A DNA stretch of 10,802 nt from the NCBI GenBank assembly GCA_015523565.1, contig WAKA01000217.1, positions 1 through 10,802 on the forward strand. Reading direction: 5' to 3'. The stretch's first letter is position 1; each line of letters opens with the position of its first letter. Of this stretch, positions 6,748 through 10,802 are shown one piece after another. A model generated the notes under the pieces. It was not told where the DNA came from. It saw only the letters and a program-made list of their open reading frames with translations, and ran no database searches. A program made the translations under genes and the position numbers. The stretch is from Candidatus Heimdallarchaeota archaeon (lineage in GTDB: Archaea; Asgardarchaeota; Heimdallarchaeia; Heimdallarchaeales; Kariarchaeaceae).

Positions 6748-6789
6748 ATGTAAAAAATAGTTTAAGTGAGAAAAAAACAATTATATGTT

Positions 6790-7359
6790 GTGGGTTTATT
6801 TAGAAAGAAGAATAAAAGTAAGAAGAAACAATATTCAAGTGAGATACATAAGTCCTTGAATCAAAAGGTAAAAGGATATGAATCATATGATTCACCTGAA
6901 GAAAGGAAAAAAACAGATCTTGCCTTCAGAGAATACCTATATGAGCAAGTCATTGAAATGGTCAAGTATTTTGCCCAAATTAAGGATTACCTGATACGAT
7001 TGCAAATACTTTCAACATGGTCAGCGGCAGAGAGCATAACAAAAAATCTTAACAGGATGAAATACCTGTTGACTGCAAAAAACGATGAGGTTTATCGGCA
7101 TTCCACCTTTTTTGACAGTCCAAAGATTTCTGAATGGATAGAAATTTCTGTTTTGTATATCATTGAATCAGAGATGATCCTGATAGCTGATGAAATCCTA
7201 AGACAGATGAAAGACATGCTTGAGGGATTTCAAAAGGAGGAAGCCATGCAGATTGAATTGAAAATAATGGAAATTGAGAAAGGAGTCAGGGAATTGACAA
7301 GTTCATTGAATGAACGGGCAGAGCTTATCGCGTCATTTGAAATCATGGCATTGGAGTAG
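6790..7359 (+). CDS. Uncharacterised all-helical/coiled-coil protein with a polybasic N-terminus; start re-called from GTG6766 to GTG6790
   Basis: TTTAAG at 6761-6766 fits a leaderless start at 6790, giving MGLFRKKNKSKKK. KGYESY...ERKKTDLAFREYL and STFFDSPKI resemble a prokaryotic hypothetical family (PGy.GY...rR..D...R.yl; gfFD.vki), recalled from memory. Confidence 0.75.
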   Translation: MGLFRKKNKSKKKQYSSEIHKSLNQKVKGYESYDSPEERKKTDLAFREYLYEQVIEMVKYFAQIKDYLIRLQILSTWSAAESITKNLNRMKYLLTAKNDEVYRHSTFFDSPKISEWIEISVLYIIESEMILIADEILRQMKDMLEGFQKEEAMQIELKIMEIEKGVRELTSSLNERAELIASFEIMALE

Positions 7360-7365
7360 GATGGA

Positions 7366-8406
7366 TCAATCGTCTTCCAATTTGCCTGCTATTCTTTCCA
7401 AGGTTTTGTTAATGTTATAAAGCATGAGCATGACCTGATCAAGCCCTTCAATGGTTAGAACAGGTTTTCCATGCTGTGCTTCCAATTCCTTTGTTTCCCT
7501 GAGTGCATTTGCCAAAAAAGCCCTTAGTATTCGGACAGTTAAGTCCTCAACATCAAAGTTATCCATTGAAATTTGGGATGAGATTTCTTCTACATCTACA
7601 TCTTTCATGAAATCCTCAATCAATTTTTGGCTTGCAACATTGATGATTTCCTCATCAGATTTTGTTTCAGGAGGAACAAATTGAATTTCCAATTTTTGGG
7701 GCATTGTTTGATTATCCTGTCCTTTAATAGGGTCATAGAGACCAACCAGCCAATCAACATATTGCTTGAAAATCTGGTAATTGGATTCATTTTTCAAACC
7801 AATTGGACTATCATCAAAAACAGACAGGGATCCCACAACGATAATGCGTCCTGTTTGGGCGACTGAAGATCGGGCAACAGCAGTCTGCATCCCCCCCGAT
7901 GCTGAAGGGCTTGTTACCAATAACGCCTGCTGAGGTTGGGTTTGGATGGCAATGGCATTGTTCATGGGGATATATTGAATTCTTTTTGGATTGGGGATTG
8001 ATTCAGTTGGCATTACCAATATTGTGGATGGATCCTTATTGTAATTTTTAGACGGATCAAAAATTATTTTATGCTTAAGTTCAATTTGGAATGGTTTAAG
8101 AAGATTGTTCAAATGAACGACATCCTCCTGTTTTTCTAGATCACCGACCATTAGGAGAATGTTTCCACCTCGATTGACATAACTGATAACCGATTGGATT
8201 TCCATAGGGCGGTATTTGACGGATGAAGTCACAAGAAGTATAAGTAAATCATACTTGTCCAAATCTTCCAAATCAAGCCTGTTTGTCAGTGAACTCATTA
8301 AAAATCCTTTTGATATAAAAAAAGATTGCATTCGATGAAAACGTTGTGACAGCAATATTCCTTGCCCTTGAGAAATATCAAAAGCCACTTGCTTGACTTT
8401 TGTCAT
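7366..8406 (-). CDS. Cytoplasmic GIFT (GldG/IFT52-like, class I glutamine-amidotransferase-like fold) domain protein with an acidic helical C-terminal region; start re-called to ATG8406
   Basis: VAFDISQGQ, LEDLDKYDLLIL, EIQSVISYVNRGGNILLM, HLNNLLKPFQIEL and GRIIVVGSLSVFDD...N...F.QYVDWL follow the GIFT/DUF4350 pattern. No signal peptide or TM segment. TTTAAATA at 8427-8434 (minus strand) is correctly spaced for ATG8406. Confidence 0.75.
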   Translation of the reverse strand: MTKVKQVAFDISQGQGILLSQRFHRMQSFFISKGFLMSSLTNRLDLEDLDKYDLLILLVTSSVKYRPMEIQSVISYVNRGGNILLMVGDLEKQEDVVHLNNLLKPFQIELKHKIIFDPSKNYNKDPSTILVMPTESIPNPKRIQYIPMNNAIAIQTQPQQALLVTSPSASGGMQTAVARSSVAQTGRIIVVGSLSVFDDSPIGLKNESNYQIFKQYVDWLVGLYDPIKGQDNQTMPQKLEIQFVPPETKSDEEIINVASQKLIEDFMKDVDVEEISSQISMDNFDVEDLTVRILRAFLANALRETKELEAQHGKPVLTIEGLDQVMLMLYNINKTLERIAGKLEDD

Positions 8407-8497
8407 TATTATACATTGTCTCATGCTATTTAAAAATATATTATATCTTCCAAATTTTTCAACTCATTTATGGATTTAAACATGTATCGCTTATTCA

Positions 8498-8505
8498 TTT
8501 TATAA
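8498..8505 (+). promoter_or_regulatory. TATA box for DNA ligase
   Basis: TTTTATAA lies 23-30 nt upstream of GTG8528. Confidence 0.55.
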
Positions 8506-8527
8506 GGGGGGGTTTGGTTGGGGGATT

Positions 8528-10288
8528 GTGGATTTCAAAGATTTGTGCAATTGGTTTGACAAATTGGAACAAACCACCAAACGATTGGAAATGATTTCAA
8601 TCCTGCATGAACTTCTGGATATTTTAAGCATTGAGGAAATCCCACCTGCTGTTTATCTTTCCACAGGCGAATTGGGACCAAAATATGATGTCATGGTACT
8701 GGGTTTTCAAGAAAAAAGCGTCATGAAGATTCTCTCCAATCTGACAATGGTTCCATTGGATGTCATTGACAAAAAGTTCAAGGAAGTGGGTGATTTGGGA
8801 GACATAGTTTTTTCAATAGGGGATAAGGGATCACAGACAGGGTTGATGGATTTCCTTGGGGAAACAGAACCAAAGTCCAAACAAAGTATTTTAGATGTAT
8901 GGAAACAGTTGGAGAAAATCTCCAAAATTGAGGGGGAAAATTCAGAAGTCAAGAAATTCAATTCCGCTCTTGTCTTGTTAAAGGATATGGAACCTATAGA
9001 GAGAAAATATTTGGTTAGAACACTTGTGGGGAAAGTCAGGTTAGGAGCAAAAGAATCAACGTGGCTTGATGCCACCAGCAAAAAGACAGGAATTGAAATT
9101 GATCTGTTGGATCTTGCTGCGGCAATCAGGAGCAATATAGGGTTAGTCATCCAAACTGCGATAAGAAAGGGAAAAGAAGGGATTGAGAGGCTTCACATTC
9201 CAAAAGTTGGCATTCCAATCATGCCAATGCTTCCACACCGGGGAGAATCTTCAGAGGACATATGGAACCGAATGGAAGGGAAATGTGAAATTGAGATCAA
9301 ATATGACGGGTTCAGAATTCAAGTGCACAAAAGTGGGAACAAAATTTATCTTTGGTCAAGAAATGAGGAATCATATAATGAATATTTCCCAGAATTGGTA
9401 AAGGAACTTCCAAAAACAATTAAGGCAAATGATGTAATTCTCGACGGGGAAGTGGTTGCCTTCAATCAACAGACAGGGGAGATGATGCCTTTTCAAAAAT
9501 TGACCAATAGAAGGAGAATATATGGAGTCAAGGAAATTGCAGCAGAGATCAAGGTAAAAATTTTTGTTTTTGACATATTGTTCAAGGATGGCAAATCCAT
9601 TTTCAAACTGCCTTTAGTTGAGAGAAGGAAATTTTTGCGTGATACATTTTCGGATAGTGAACTAATGGGAATAAGTATCTCTTGGTCTTGTGAAACCCCA
9701 GAAGATATAGACCAACAGCTTTTGGAGGCAAAGGAACAGAATCGAGAGGGGATTATGGTTAAATCACTGCTTTCGCCATATGAACCAGGAAAACGCTCAT
9801 TTTATTGGTTAAAATATAAAGCAGACTATGAAAAAAGTCTATCTGACACTTTTGACTTGGTCATTGTCGGAGGATGGAAGGGCAGAGGCAAGAGAGCAGG
9901 GGTTTATGGCACTTTGTTGATGGCGGCATATGACCCTGACAGTGAGACATATATGACATTTTGTAAATTAGGGGCAGGATTGACAGAAGAAGATATGAAA
10001 ACATTGACATCTGAGATGGAAGAGTTAAAGGTACCAGAAAAGCCCAAAGATGTCATTTCCAATTTGGATCCTGACATTTGGGTCAAGCCAAAAATCATAT
10101 TGGAGGTATCAGGAGCGGAAATTTCGAAATCACCAGTGCATACAGTTCCTTCGAGTGAAGGAGGCACACTCTCCCTTCGTTTTCCGCGTTATACAGGCAA
10201 CAGAAGATTTGAGAAATCGGTTCCCGATGATGTTACAACTGTTGCAGAAATCAATGAGATGGCAAAAATAATGAGAATCGGAAAATAA
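8528..10288 (+). CDS. lig: ATP-dependent DNA ligase (archaeal/LigI type: DBD + adenylation + OB domains)
   Basis: Motif I EIKYDGFR, III ILDGEVV, IIIa VFDILF, IV EGIMVK, V WLKYK and VI SLRFPRY. N-terminal DNA-binding domain with GDLG. Confidence 0.97.
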   Translation: MDFKDLCNWFDKLEQTTKRLEMISILHELLDILSIEEIPPAVYLSTGELGPKYDVMVLGFQEKSVMKILSNLTMVPLDVIDKKFKEVGDLGDIVFSIGDKGSQTGLMDFLGETEPKSKQSILDVWKQLEKISKIEGENSEVKKFNSALVLLKDMEPIERKYLVRTLVGKVRLGAKESTWLDATSKKTGIEIDLLDLAAAIRSNIGLVIQTAIRKGKEGIERLHIPKVGIPIMPMLPHRGESSEDIWNRMEGKCEIEIKYDGFRIQVHKSGNKIYLWSRNEESYNEYFPELVKELPKTIKANDVILDGEVVAFNQQTGEMMPFQKLTNRRRIYGVKEIAAEIKVKIFVFDILFKDGKSIFKLPLVERRKFLRDTFSDSELMGISISWSCETPEDIDQQLLEAKEQNREGIMVKSLLSPYEPGKRSFYWLKYKADYEKSLSDTFDLVIVGGWKGRGKRAGVYGTLLMAAYDPDSETYMTFCKLGAGLTEEDMKTLTSEMEELKVPEKPKDVISNLDPDIWVKPKIILEVSGAEISKSPVHTVPSSEGGTLSLRFPRYTGNRRFEKSVPDDVTTVAEINEMAKIMRIGK

Positions 10289-10289
10289 T

Positions 10290-10757
10290 TCAGTAAATGA
10301 TGTAAAGCAAAAAGAAAACTGTTATTCCACCAATGTATGAAATTATCCATATCATGGAGGTGATGCGCCCAAATCCCCTATGAACTTGGCGATATTCCTT
10401 TTCAAAGTATGGATTTTTTGCCTGCCATTTGACATTGGTAAAAGTTTTGTACAAATGAACAAATACCAAGACAATGGTAACTACAGCAAGTGTGATATGA
10501 ATAATGAGAATGGGATAATAGACAAAATTCCTAATGGTTTCTGGACCATGGAACTTTGTTTCATCCCCCAAAAGAAATCTGATGATGTACAAGGACAAAA
10601 ACAATGCATCAACAATAACAGCGAAGATCATTAAGATTCTATGTAAATAGTATTTTCTTTGTTTTGCATAAAAAAGTCCAACGAGAAGAGTGACAAATCC
10701 CAGCAATATTATGAAAAATCCAGATATTGCCAATGGAGATGCATTTACAAGAGTCAT
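10290..10757 (-). CDS. DUF420 (YozB-like) 4-TM membrane protein; likely start ATG10757, although the frame is open to the window edge
   Basis: HRILM, FLSLY, F.GP...YYPILIIHI.LA and HR.FGRIT..IW match DUF420, with three conserved His. AAAGGA lies just upstream of ATG10757. Confidence 0.85.
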   Translation of the reverse strand: MTLVNASPLAISGFFIILLGFVTLLVGLFYAKQRKYYLHRILMIFAVIVDALFLSLYIIRFLLGDETKFHGPETIRNFVYYPILIIHITLAVVTIVLVFVHLYKTFTNVKWQAKNPYFEKEYRQVHRGFGRITSMIWIISYIGGITVFFLLYIIY

Positions 10758-10802
10758 GTATTCCTTTTTCTTTAATGAAAATAATATTTTTGGGTATAGC
10801 AC

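Noticed and set aside
6790-7359. ESCRT-III/Snf7 or PspA assignment
   Set aside because: Only size and charge pattern are similar; no diagnostic sequence match is visible.
2034-10634. Remaining short or antisense ORFs inside long genes (e.g. 4280..4753, 5671..6006, 8707..9150, 9904..10167, 10380..10634)
   Set aside because: They are nested within or opposite well-supported CDSs and lack family motifs.
1-10802. CRISPR array, intact transposase or integrase, tRNA intron, riboswitch
   Set aside because: No regularly spaced repeats, no intact mobile-element ORF, an uninterrupted anticodon loop, and no room or motif for an FMN riboswitch before ribH.

Overview
AT-rich, very compact archaeal chromosomal segment. 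It is most likely from an Asgard archaeon (Heimdallarchaeia-like), judging by an Asgard-type profilin, an archaeal-type lumazine synthase and ATP-dependent DNA ligase, TATA-box promoters and a tRNA without encoded CCA. In order, it contains: a probable decayed IS607/MerR-HTH fragment, a 4-TM membrane protein, tRNA-Arg(CCG) on the minus strand (not in the ORF track), ribH plus a metal-dependent amidohydrolase, a membrane-anchored surface protein, an Mrp/ApbC/Nbp35 ATPase, cystathionine gamma-lyase, DUF167, profilin, a helical protein with a basic N-terminus, a cytoplasmic GIFT (GldG/IFT52-like) domain protein, DNA ligase and DUF420. The best leads are (1) the profilin / basic helical protein / IFT52-like cluster, a possible cytoskeleton or membrane-trafficking module, and (2) the ribH-amidohydrolase pair, where the amidohydrolase could be the poorly defined archaeal riboflavin-pathway deaminase and RibH lacks its conserved substrate-stacking aromatic residue. 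All family calls are motif recognition from memory; no searches were run.
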